A stretch of DNA of 62,223 bases, counting the filler, from Deltaproteobacteria bacterium (GTDB taxonomy: Bacteria; JAEEML01), in the NCBI GenBank assembly GCA_016283195.1. It is 4 parts of 4 records of this genome, joined end to end, with 100 filler letters (N's around TTAATTAATTAA, not from the genome) between each part and the next. Parts side by side here need not be neighbours in the genome. Positions count along the whole stretch, not along the records: positions 19,028 to 47,320 come from JAEEML010000054.1; 3 more parts are not named here. One strand, 5' to 3'. Position 1 is the first letter of the stretch, and every line of letters starts with the position of its first letter. The translations under genes and the position numbers were made by a program. Below the pieces are notes generated by a model. That model saw only the letters and a program-made list of their open reading frames with translations. It searched no databases and was not told the origin of the DNA. Positions 38,984 to 47,420 of this stretch are shown here, one piece after another.

Positions 38984-41107
38984 CTATTTTAGCCTCTCTT
39001 CTTGCTGCTTTCTGTTGCCAAAAATGTCCTCAGCGGTAATTAAAAGATGCTTTTCGCCTCTTTTAAGCTCCCTGATTTCCACTTTATATTCTTCTATTAA
39101 ATCATCGGCTATTCCATCGGCCGGCAGCAGGTTATTATAAAGAGTGCCATTAAAAGCCAGGCTCACGGCCCCTATTTTGCTCACACTGTCACGCACGGTA
39201 AAGGCCACGTAATTCTTCTTTTTTTCGGATAAAAAACGCACGTTTTCAATAACCGGAGGGTTATTATCAACTATAGTAAGGCGGCTTTGACCTTCGCTTG
39301 TGAGCATCGTTTCCGGGGAATTATCCGGCAAATCGCTGGTAATTACTTTAAAGAAATAGCTGCCGTCCGGCAAAAGGCCGGGATTTATGGCATAAAAGCT
39401 AAATGGATGATTCTCCGCCAGTAGGTGCCACTCTTTTTCTTTTACTTCGCGGTAATAGAGATTGTGGATAAGTTCATCACCGTTGGCATCTTTGGCACGC
39501 CAGGCAATGGTCAGAGCGCCTTTTACCTGCTTCTTGTTCACTTTGGTAGTCACTTTGGCCGGTTTTACATTCTCTTCCCATTTCATATTTTTATACTTGC
39601 TGTCATCTAAAGTTATTGTCTCCTCAGAAGTATCTTCTTCAACTTTAGTACTGGATAAAAGCTCCAGTTTGAGCCCGGGGGCCAGAGGCAAAACTTCAAG
39701 CACGGTTGGCCTTATATTTTTCCTGATATAAGAAAGGCTTATTTTATAAATTTCCGGTAATTCTCCGTTTTTGGGCTCAAAAAGTATCTTCACTTGGTAA
39801 TAAATAGCCGGCTCAATGTTCAGCTTACCGCCGGGAAAAGGCATAAATTCACTCCACTCGCTCCAGCCATTATCGGGATTAGCCGAAAGCCCGGAGCGCA
39901 CAGCCACTTTTACGCTATTTATAGCTTCTATATTGCCCTCCAGGCGAATAATACCGCTTTTGCTTATAATTCCGCTATTTATCACCGGCGATATATATTC
40001 GCCCTTCTTGGCATAATCGCGGCTTATTTTTTCCAGTTTGGTGCCGCCGCCGGTAATGGCAATAAAGCTCTCTTTATCTCTTTGAATAAGCTTATTTATG
40101 CGCTCGGATTTGGCTTCGTAAACAATAGCAATATCTTTTTTTTGCGGATCGTAGCTATAAATGCGTCCGTGGCCGCTATCTTTGGAAGCGGCGGTGGTTA
40201 TTAAAAGTTCGCCATGCAAACCGGAAACCAGGTCAAGTATTATTTCATCACCGGAGCTCGCCACCATTTCGTAGCTGCCATCCTCTTCCAGGCGATAAAT
40301 GGCGCTGCCGACTTCATCTTCATCAAAACCTTTGTTTTTTAATAGTTTTTCGCTGCCTTTAGTTACAGCTACATAAAGGTAGCCATCATGAAAAACAAGA
40401 GCGGAAATATCGCTGAAATTGGAGCTCATAAAGCTTTTAAAAGTCTCACCGGGTTTTCCGCGATAAAGAGTACCGTTTTCGGGGCCACCAACAATAATGC
40501 GCTCTTTTTTATCGGTAATAATAGCCGTTAAATGGCTTTCATTACCGCTATATATAATCTCAAACTCGCCCTTTTTATTCACCTTAAGGAGAGCAGACGG
40601 CTCACCTGTAGCCACCAAAAGAGAATCATCTTTATAAGGCTTTATATTCCAGATATAGCTGTATTTATCCTCAAGATTCAAAAACTCTTTTTTCTCATGC
40701 TTGCCATTTATTTTATAAATAACCGCTCCGGGGCCGCTGGCCGCATAAAGCTCTTTTTTTCCGGCTGTGAGAGCAGTTATCAGCTGTCCGTCAAAGGGTA
40801 TCTCGGTTATTAAAGAGCCATCGGCGCTATTTACCACTTTTATAACCGAATTATCGGCATCAGCCAGATAAAGATTCTTTTGCCAGAGCAGACCGCCCAC
40901 AAAGTTATTTTCCAAAAACTCGCTCATTTCATCGGCAGTTAGGCCCAGAGAAAGAGCGCCGCTCTCATTTATGGAAGTGCCATAAAAATGGCCTTCGGAA
41001 AAATTGCCAAAGCCTTCGATATAAAAAATTTTGCCCTTTTCGGCCCAAGCCCCAGAAGCCGGCAATAAAGCCGAAAGCATCAAAAAAATTAATAATTTTT
41101 TCTTCAT
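38984..41107 (-). CDS. Secreted beta-propeller + Fn3/Ig-like protein
   Basis: Signal peptide; repeated blades (LYAASGP...IYKI, LLVATG, LYVAVT); WSEWS; W-x-A-x-D-x-NGD; LPDGSY; VDNNPP. Confidence 0.7.
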   Translation of the reverse strand: MKKKLLIFLMLSALLPASGAWAEKGKIFYIEGFGNFSEGHFYGTSINESGALSLGLTADEMSEFLENNFVGGLLWQKNLYLADADNSVIKVVNSADGSLITEIPFDGQLITALTAGKKELYAASGPGAVIYKINGKHEKKEFLNLEDKYSYIWNIKPYKDDSLLVATGEPSALLKVNKKGEFEIIYSGNESHLTAIITDKKERIIVGGPENGTLYRGKPGETFKSFMSSNFSDISALVFHDGYLYVAVTKGSEKLLKNKGFDEDEVGSAIYRLEEDGSYEMVASSGDEIILDLVSGLHGELLITTAASKDSGHGRIYSYDPQKKDIAIVYEAKSERINKLIQRDKESFIAITGGGTKLEKISRDYAKKGEYISPVINSGIISKSGIIRLEGNIEAINSVKVAVRSGLSANPDNGWSEWSEFMPFPGGKLNIEPAIYYQVKILFEPKNGELPEIYKISLSYIRKNIRPTVLEVLPLAPGLKLELLSSTKVEEDTSEETITLDDSKYKNMKWEENVKPAKVTTKVNKKQVKGALTIAWRAKDANGDELIHNLYYREVKEKEWHLLAENHPFSFYAINPGLLPDGSYFFKVITSDLPDNSPETMLTSEGQSRLTIVDNNPPVIENVRFLSEKKKNYVAFTVRDSVSKIGAVSLAFNGTLYNNLLPADGIADDLIEEYKVEIRELKRGEKHLLITAEDIFGNRKQQEERLK

Positions 41108-41111
41108 TTTC

Positions 41112-42752
41112 TCAATATACCCTTATCTCTACCAAGGCTGCTCCGCTAACTGCCGCATGAGCGGCCTCTTTTTGCTCTAAAATGATGGTTTTGGCGGAAA
41201 TACCGTCGCTTTCATCGGCGGCACCTTTGGCCAGGAGGACATAATTAGGCGGTAAATTATATTCTCTTTTAGTCCCCATTTGCGCAGTGGGTGCAGAAAC
41301 TATCAGCTGCGTATAAAAAGCTCCGTCTGTGCGAATATTTTTTAAAAATTTATAATAATTTTCAAGTGTTGTAAACTTCAAACCGCTGCTTATAGTCTCT
41401 TCTATGAGAGCTGCTTCACTGGCTCCGCCAATGGCTACCGTTAGTTTTCCTTTGGGGGTATAAGGCGGAATTTTTAAGCTATATTCCAAAAATTCTCTTT
41501 TGCCGTCGCTCAGCCAGTAGCTGGCTTTAAGACGCAATGTCTCTCCTCTTTTAACCATAGTTTTATCGGTATAAAGAGCTTCAATCACTTTGCTTTTGGC
41601 TTTTTCCGAATAATTATATTGCACTTTTATTTTACCGAGAGCTGGCTCTCCGATGGGCGGATTCCAGAGATTATTGGCCATCATGGCCACTTTTTTAGCG
41701 GCCATTAAGTGGAGCATACTGGTATTATCTGAGAGATAATCTTCAACTTTAAGCACTCCGTGCCCGGGAATTTCTATTTCGCCCATTATTTCAAAAGAGC
41801 CCCACTTATTGTAATCAATGCCGGCTGCCAGGAGCTGATATATACTTTTATATATATACATGGGCGTCATCTCTTTGTCGCGCGCCACATTAAAACGGTA
41901 ATTTTCGCTAAAAGCCGGTGTTTTTAAAGTTATTTCCAAGGGCACACTATTGGGCAATGGGCCTATTTTACCCATAATACCGCTGGCTCTGTCCTCATAA
42001 ATAGTGCCGATAACCGGGCCGACATTGCCCATTTTATAACTTTGCTCATAAGAGGAAACTACCCTTACTATTTCAGCGGCAGCGAGCCCAAGTTCCGTGT
42101 GACCGCTTCTGTTAAACTGATGACCGAAAGCATAAACAATGCCATCTCTTATATCGGTTACCGTGCCGATAGCTGCCATGGAAATATCACCATCGGCAAC
42201 TAAAGCCGCTATTGGCCCGCCTGGTATTATCTTATTAATATTTTTAGTTTTTTCTTTAGCGTCAAAGAGAAGTGTTTTGGCTAAAGTAACATTAATAAGC
42301 TCAATCGGTTTTACCGCCTTATCATTACTAAGAGCGCTCCCGTTGCTAAAAGCTCCGTAAACCATGCTTTCCATGGGAGTAATGCCCACCAAAACTTCCT
42401 TGCCGAAAGGGGTAAAGGAGAGAGAAACAGCACCCACTATTTTTTCGTTTATATAAACCGGGCTGCCGCTCATGCCGGCAATAACGCCGGTGAATTCTAT
42501 TTTTTCACCATGCAAAAGAGCTACAATAATATGCTGCCCAGGACCCATAAAATCATAATTAATACCTACTATTTCTACATCAAACGGCTCCGGTTCAACA
42601 CCGGAAAAAGTGGTGTACCCAATGCCCTTCATGCCTTTTTCAATATCCTTGCAAGGCATAATAGGTGCACCGGCCGTCGGCAAGGCCAATGCCTTTTCGC
42701 TTAGTGCGGCCATTAATAGACTGACTAGCGCTATCTTTATGATTTTATGCAT
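41112..42752 (-). CDS. SpoIVB-like peptidase S55 domain protein
   Basis: GMKGIG, GVIAGMSGSPV, GAVS, IGTVT, AFGH; signal peptide. Confidence 0.85.
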   Translation of the reverse strand: MHKIIKIALVSLLMAALSEKALALPTAGAPIMPCKDIEKGMKGIGYTTFSGVEPEPFDVEIVGINYDFMGPGQHIIVALLHGEKIEFTGVIAGMSGSPVYINEKIVGAVSLSFTPFGKEVLVGITPMESMVYGAFSNGSALSNDKAVKPIELINVTLAKTLLFDAKEKTKNINKIIPGGPIAALVADGDISMAAIGTVTDIRDGIVYAFGHQFNRSGHTELGLAAAEIVRVVSSYEQSYKMGNVGPVIGTIYEDRASGIMGKIGPLPNSVPLEITLKTPAFSENYRFNVARDKEMTPMYIYKSIYQLLAAGIDYNKWGSFEIMGEIEIPGHGVLKVEDYLSDNTSMLHLMAAKKVAMMANNLWNPPIGEPALGKIKVQYNYSEKAKSKVIEALYTDKTMVKRGETLRLKASYWLSDGKREFLEYSLKIPPYTPKGKLTVAIGGASEAALIEETISSGLKFTTLENYYKFLKNIRTDGAFYTQLIVSAPTAQMGTKREYNLPPNYVLLAKGAADESDGISAKTIILEQKEAAHAAVSGAALVEIRVY

Positions 42753-42783
42753 TTTTTATTCCGGAAGGTTTATAAAAGATTAA

Positions 42784-43956
42784 TTATTGCTGCTGGGATC
42801 TTCTTTTATGCTTTATATGTTCCATATTTTTCATATCTCTCCGGTCGTTTAAAGGGCCGTTTTCGCGGTATTTTCTCATATTCTTTTTAAAATCTTCGAG
42901 CTTTTCGTCTTTAGCAAATTCTATTAATATTTCGCTCTTTATCTCTGTTTTCAAAATGCGCATGGCATTGCGCCGTTGCTCGCCTTTTTTCCTGTTTTCC
43001 AAAGCTCTGCGCACGTCTTCTTTTTCTTCTTCAAATGTTTTCTGCACTGCCGGCTTGTGCTCAAGAGTCTGAATAATATGGTAGCCGTAGCGAGTCTTTA
43101 CCGCATCGGAAATCTCGCCGTCTTTCTGAGCAAAAGCTATATCGGAAAACTCTTTTACCATGCGTTTTTTTGAGAAAAATCCCAAATCGCCGCCCTTGGG
43201 AGCTGTGGGGCCTTCGGAATATTCCATAGCAACTTTGGCAAAATCGGCATCTTTTTTGCTGAGCTCTTCTTTTATTTTCTTTATTTTATCCATAGCCTCG
43301 GCTTCGGCTTTTGCATCAGCCTCTTTTTCCAGTTTAGCCTTTGTTTCGCTATCGGCATTTTTCATGGCTTCGGTATCAATGAATTTTAAGCGATCTATTC
43401 TCACTAATATGTGGCGAGCATGGACTTCTTCTGGTACTATATAGCGATCGGAATTAGCATCAAAATAGCTTTTAACTTCTTCATCGCTGACAACTACTTC
43501 ACCGGCCAGTTTTTCTATAACTTTTTCACGAAGTAAGCTCATAGATATGTCTTTTTTCAGGGATTCTTCGCTGGTGCCGGTATTTTTAATATAGCTTTTA
43601 TAAGCTTCTTCAGATTCAAAAGCGGCTTTTTGCTTATTAAATCTTTCGTTTATCTCGTCATTTGTGACTTTTATGCCTAAATCTTCGGCCTTTTCGATAA
43701 ACATGAGGTTCTCAACCATGCGCCGCAGGATATTTTCTTTTATGCGGTTTTCCATATTTGGGCTGCCGTGTTTTCCCAGGGAACGGTAGCGGGCCATACT
43801 CTGCTCGACTTTTTTCTCATACTCGGCTTTAGTAATGGTTTTTGAACCCACTATAGCGACTATGTTGTCGCCTACTGGCTTATTGGCCTCATCTTTTTTA
43901 CATGCTGGTAAGGTTAATAAAAAGGTTGTTAAAATTAATAGAGCTGTTTTTCTCAT
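42784..43956 (-). CDS. PrsA/SurA-like parvulin peptidyl-prolyl isomerase lipoprotein
   Basis: Lipobox LPAC; HARHIL, FAKVAMEYSE, GGDLGFF, YGYHII. Confidence 0.9.
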   Translation of the reverse strand: MRKTALLILTTFLLTLPACKKDEANKPVGDNIVAIVGSKTITKAEYEKKVEQSMARYRSLGKHGSPNMENRIKENILRRMVENLMFIEKAEDLGIKVTNDEINERFNKQKAAFESEEAYKSYIKNTGTSEESLKKDISMSLLREKVIEKLAGEVVVSDEEVKSYFDANSDRYIVPEEVHARHILVRIDRLKFIDTEAMKNADSETKAKLEKEADAKAEAEAMDKIKKIKEELSKKDADFAKVAMEYSEGPTAPKGGDLGFFSKKRMVKEFSDIAFAQKDGEISDAVKTRYGYHIIQTLEHKPAVQKTFEEEKEDVRRALENRKKGEQRRNAMRILKTEIKSEILIEFAKDEKLEDFKKNMRKYRENGPLNDRRDMKNMEHIKHKRRSQQQ

Positions 43957-44019
43957 TTTTAGCCTCCTCGCTGACTGAAACTTTTAGTCTTCCAGCTTGG
44001 GTAGCGTCAAGTGAAATTG

Positions 44020-44340
44020 CTATACTATATGTATAAAATATCCATTTAGTCTTATAAATAAGCGCTGTGAATACTGTGGATAAAAATAGTTAAGCAAAAG
44101 AAAACGCTATTATAGCACGAATTGCAATATGTGGAAAATTTGTTTTTAGCAAAAATTAAAAGGCCGGATATGAACAGGCAGCTTATGGTTGGAGAAAAGA
44201 GATGCTTTTAATTCACAGGCAAAAAGCTCTGAATATGCTGGTAGAGAAAATATATATAATGTACAATATAAAGATATATAATTTAATATAATGCTTTTTT
44301 ATAAGTTGACATATAACAGATTTTTTACTATATAAGATAA
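44020..44340. other. Candidate replication origin (oriC)
   Basis: Perfect DnaA box TGTGGATAA at 44075-44083; near-matches at 44028-44036, 44066-44074, 44130-44138 and 44209-44217; very AT-rich tract about 44247-44300; directly upstream of dnaN. Confidence 0.65.
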
Positions 44341-44370
44341 AGGACTCTGCTTTTGAAAGGAGTAAGAGCT

Positions 44371-45480
44371 ATGAAGTGTAAAATTTTGCAAGCTGAATTA
44401 GTGCGTAATCTCAATAAGTTACAAGGATTATCAGAACGAAAACCAGGTCTTGCTCATGCCGCAAATGTCTTGCTTGAAGTTACTACGGACGGTTTGCAAT
44501 TTGCCGCTACCGATATGGATATAACTATTGTAACCCGCGCTACTTGTGAAGTTATAGAGGAAGGCTCTTTAGCTATTGCCAGTAAGCAGCTTTTTGAAAT
44601 AGTGCGCTCGCTGCCTAATAAAGAGGTTAATCTCTCCACCATGGATAACTACTGGCTGCATATTCAATGCGGGCGGACAGAGTACAAAATAGTTGGTTTA
44701 AATCCTTTTGATTTTCCGCAATTACCCAGCGACCACGATATTGAAACCAATCTCATTCCCGCTGAAGTAATTTCCCGGATGATTGACCGCACCATCTTCT
44801 GTACTTCTCAAGATGAAAACAGAAAACATCTGCGCGGCGTCTATTGTGAATGGAACAGTGAAACCAATCAATTAAGAATGGCCGCCACCGATGGGCACCG
44901 CCTCACTCTGGCTGAAGAGCACATAGAAAATATGAAAGAGCAGCCGGCAGCTATTGTGCCGAAAAAAGCTTTTTCTGAGCTTAAAAAAGTTCTCGCCGAA
45001 GTCGATCCGAAAATGCCTATAGAAATAGGCTTTTCTAAGAAAAGAGGCCGGATACAGGTTGGCGATACCTCGCTTTCTATTGCTCTTATTGAAGGAACTT
45101 TTCCCAATTACAGAAGAGTTATCCCCACCAATAACGAGCGCATTTTACATTGTAAAAGAGGGGAACTTACAGCCGCTTTAAAGAGAATTTCCATTCTTTC
45201 CAAAGAGAATGAAAATACGGTAACTTTAACGCCCGGTGAAGGCATAGTCAGTATTACTTCGCAAAATCCCGATTTTGGCGAAGCCAGGGAAGACTTGGAA
45301 GCCGTTTATGAAGGCCCTACTTTCTCGGCCTGTTTTAATGCCCGTTATTTGCTGGATGTTCTTATTTTGCATAACAGTGAAGATATAGTTTTTGAAATGG
45401 CCGATGAAATATCACCGGCACTTATTAAATCGAGCGGTGATGATACCTTCCTGGCTGTTGTTATGCCAATGCGTCCGTGA
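44371..45480 (+). CDS. dnaN: DNA polymerase III beta clamp
   Basis: ATDMD, ATDGHRL, IVPKK, LIEGTFPNY, FNARYLLD, VVMPMR; AAGGAG before ATG 44371. Confidence 0.97.
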   Translation: MKCKILQAELVRNLNKLQGLSERKPGLAHAANVLLEVTTDGLQFAATDMDITIVTRATCEVIEEGSLAIASKQLFEIVRSLPNKEVNLSTMDNYWLHIQCGRTEYKIVGLNPFDFPQLPSDHDIETNLIPAEVISRMIDRTIFCTSQDENRKHLRGVYCEWNSETNQLRMAATDGHRLTLAEEHIENMKEQPAAIVPKKAFSELKKVLAEVDPKMPIEIGFSKKRGRIQVGDTSLSIALIEGTFPNYRRVIPTNNERILHCKRGELTAALKRISILSKENENTVTLTPGEGIVSITSQNPDFGEAREDLEAVYEGPTFSACFNARYLLDVLILHNSEDIVFEMADEISPALIKSSGDDTFLAVVMPMRP

Positions 45481-46630
45481 GATTATTCTCTTGTTTCACG
45501 TGAAACAACTTTACCGCTATTCCCCCGTGCCGAAAACTAAAGTCGCTTTCCGCAAAATCACAGCCTGTGAGACGAACCAAATCTGCGTCAGGTGCTAAAA
45601 CATATAGAGATAATTTAGGGTAATTATCAGCAATTTTACCAAGAGACGAATAAAGAGATTTAAGTCCTTTAACTCCGTGTATGCGCTCGCCGTAAGGCGG
45701 ATTTACCACGACTAAGCCGCCATGCTTAAGGGGCAGATCATCAATATCTTCCAGGGCAACGCAGCTAATACTAATAGCTGAATTTACACCGGCTCTAAGG
45801 GCGTTATTATTAATCATCGCCGAGCTTTTAGGACTAATATCACTGGCCAAAATTGGAAAAACCGGCTTTTTTATGAGTTCTTTTGCCCGTTTAAGCTCGC
45901 TCTCAAAGAGCGATTTTTCAAAAATAGGCCAAGCAAAAAAAGCAAAGCGACGATTTATGCCCGGCGCTATATTAGCGGCAATAAGCGCTGCTTCAATGGG
46001 AATAGTTCCGGAACCGGCACAAGGATCCCAAAAAGCCCATTGGCCATGATAACCAAGATGCAAAAGCATGGCCGCTGCCAAGTTTTCTCGGAGCGGCGCC
46101 GGACCAATTTCTTTTTTATAACCACGGCGATAAAGATGCTCACCGCTACTGTTTACACTTATTTCCACAATATTTTCGCTTAGGCGAAAATATAAAAGAG
46201 GAGTGGCTGGAGATTTTTCATCTTCATCTTGGTAAGAAAAAGAGGTTTTATAGCCTAATTTGCTTAAAATACCTGAAATTCTTTCACTAACAGCACCGCT
46301 GTGATAAAGGCGGGAGTGGCTACAGGTAACGCGGATAGGGATAAAAGAGCCTTTTTCGAAAAAGAGTTCAAACGGGACTTTTAAAAGCGGCCTTTCCAGT
46401 TGATCCAAATGGAGAGCCATAAAAGAAGAGAGGCGGATTAAAATTCTGGAAGCGCTTCTGAGCCATAAATTTAAGCGCATCAGCATCTTAAAATCGCATT
46501 TTAAAGAAATGCCGCCAACTTCCCGGCGCATTTTTTTTATGCCCTGCTTTTTAAGCTCATTTTCAAGTACTGCTTCAATGCCGGGAGGGCAGACTACGAA
46601 TATAGAAAAGATATTATTATTTTTGAACAT
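45461..46630 (-). CDS. THUMP-domain RNA methyltransferase (RlmL-like)
   Basis: PGIE, NLWLRSASR, LYRRGY, APLRENLAAA, DPCAGSGTI, NPPYGER. Confidence 0.9.
   Translation of the reverse strand: MFKNNNIFSIFVVCPPGIEAVLENELKKQGIKKMRREVGGISLKCDFKMLMRLNLWLRSASRILIRLSSFMALHLDQLERPLLKVPFELFFEKGSFIPIRVTCSHSRLYHSGAVSERISGILSKLGYKTSFSYQDEDEKSPATPLLYFRLSENIVEISVNSSGEHLYRRGYKKEIGPAPLRENLAAAMLLHLGYHGQWAFWDPCAGSGTIPIEAALIAANIAPGINRRFAFFAWPIFEKSLFESELKRAKELIKKPVFPILASDISPKSSAMINNNALRAGVNSAISISCVALEDIDDLPLKHGGLVVVNPPYGERIHGVKGLKSLYSSLGKIADNYPKLSLYVLAPDADLVRLTGCDFAESDFSFRHGGIAVKLFHVKQENNLTDALA
45492..45507. promoter_or_regulatory. parS centromere-like site
   Basis: Perfect palindrome TGTTTCACGTGAAACA, the canonical parS consensus, 11 nt after the dnaN stop. 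Confidence 0.9.
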
Positions 46631-47318
46631 TTTGCCGTCTGCGCCAAATGACTATTAAGCCCATAAATGGAAAGAGCCACATTAGAGGATCAAATCTGGC
46701 GGCTTGGCAATCGCAGCCATAAACCTTTTTCTCTGCTTCCTCTTTATCGTCTTCTTTGGAGACGCTGACGGGCTCAGCGTTAGAGGGCCAGCAAAAACCG
46801 TCGGTAGTGCTTCTTATGCAGGTAAAATCCAAACCGAGCTCATTATAGCCGGCACTCGGGCAACCGCTTTTGGTATAATAGCTGCAAACCTGGCTACAGG
46901 CTTTTTTGCCGTCGTTTTCCATACAGAGTTCGCTGGCGCATTGTGAATCTTTGGTGCATTTAGCGCCTAATGGGCGCTTTAATTCGCTGACACTGGCATC
47001 CGGCGGCCAGCAAAGGCCGATGCCGTCGCTAACTTGCAAACATAAGTTACACTCCTGGCCGGCCCGGCAGTCGCCTTTTTCGGCACACATTTTATAACAG
47101 CGGGAAGTAAGCAGTGATTCATCCCAACTTAGGCCGCAATTAGCACTGACGGAATTATCAAGCTGAGCACATAAAAGCCCCTCAGAGCAAATTGATTCAT
47201 CACCTCTAAGGCATGTTTCGTTTTCATCGCGCAAATCAAAGCAGCCGCCATATTCCCCGGCTTTGCCGCTGGTTATACAGTTGCCGTAAGCATCAATGGC
47301 ATAGCAGCAGGTGTGGTT
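46617..47318 (-). CDS. Cys-rich MYXO-CTERM-type surface protein, 5' truncated at contig end
   Basis: Frame stays open to the gap (NHTCCYAIDAYGNC...); LGAKC...C repeats; C-terminus YGCDCQ...LMWLFPFMGLIVIWRRR. Confidence 0.8.
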   Translation of the reverse strand, partial: NHTCCYAIDAYGNCITSGKAGEYGGCFDLRDENETCLRGDESICSEGLLCAQLDNSVSANCGLSWDESLLTSRCYKMCAEKGDCRAGQECNLCLQVSDGIGLCWPPDASVSELKRPLGAKCTKDSQCASELCMENDGKKACSQVCSYYTKSGCPSAGYNELGLDFTCIRSTTDGFCWPSNAEPVSVSKEDDKEEAEKKVYGCDCQAARFDPLMWLFPFMGLIVIWRRRQNVQK

Positions 47319-47320
47319 AG

Positions 47321-47420
47321 NNNNNNNNNNNNNNNNNNNNNNNNNNNNNNNNNNNNNNNNNNNNTTAATTAATTAANNNNNNNNNNNNNNNNNNNNNNNN
47401 NNNNNNNNNNNNNNNNNNNN
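47321..47420. other. Artificial contig linker
   Basis: 44 N + TTAATTAATTAA + 44 N. Confidence 0.97.
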
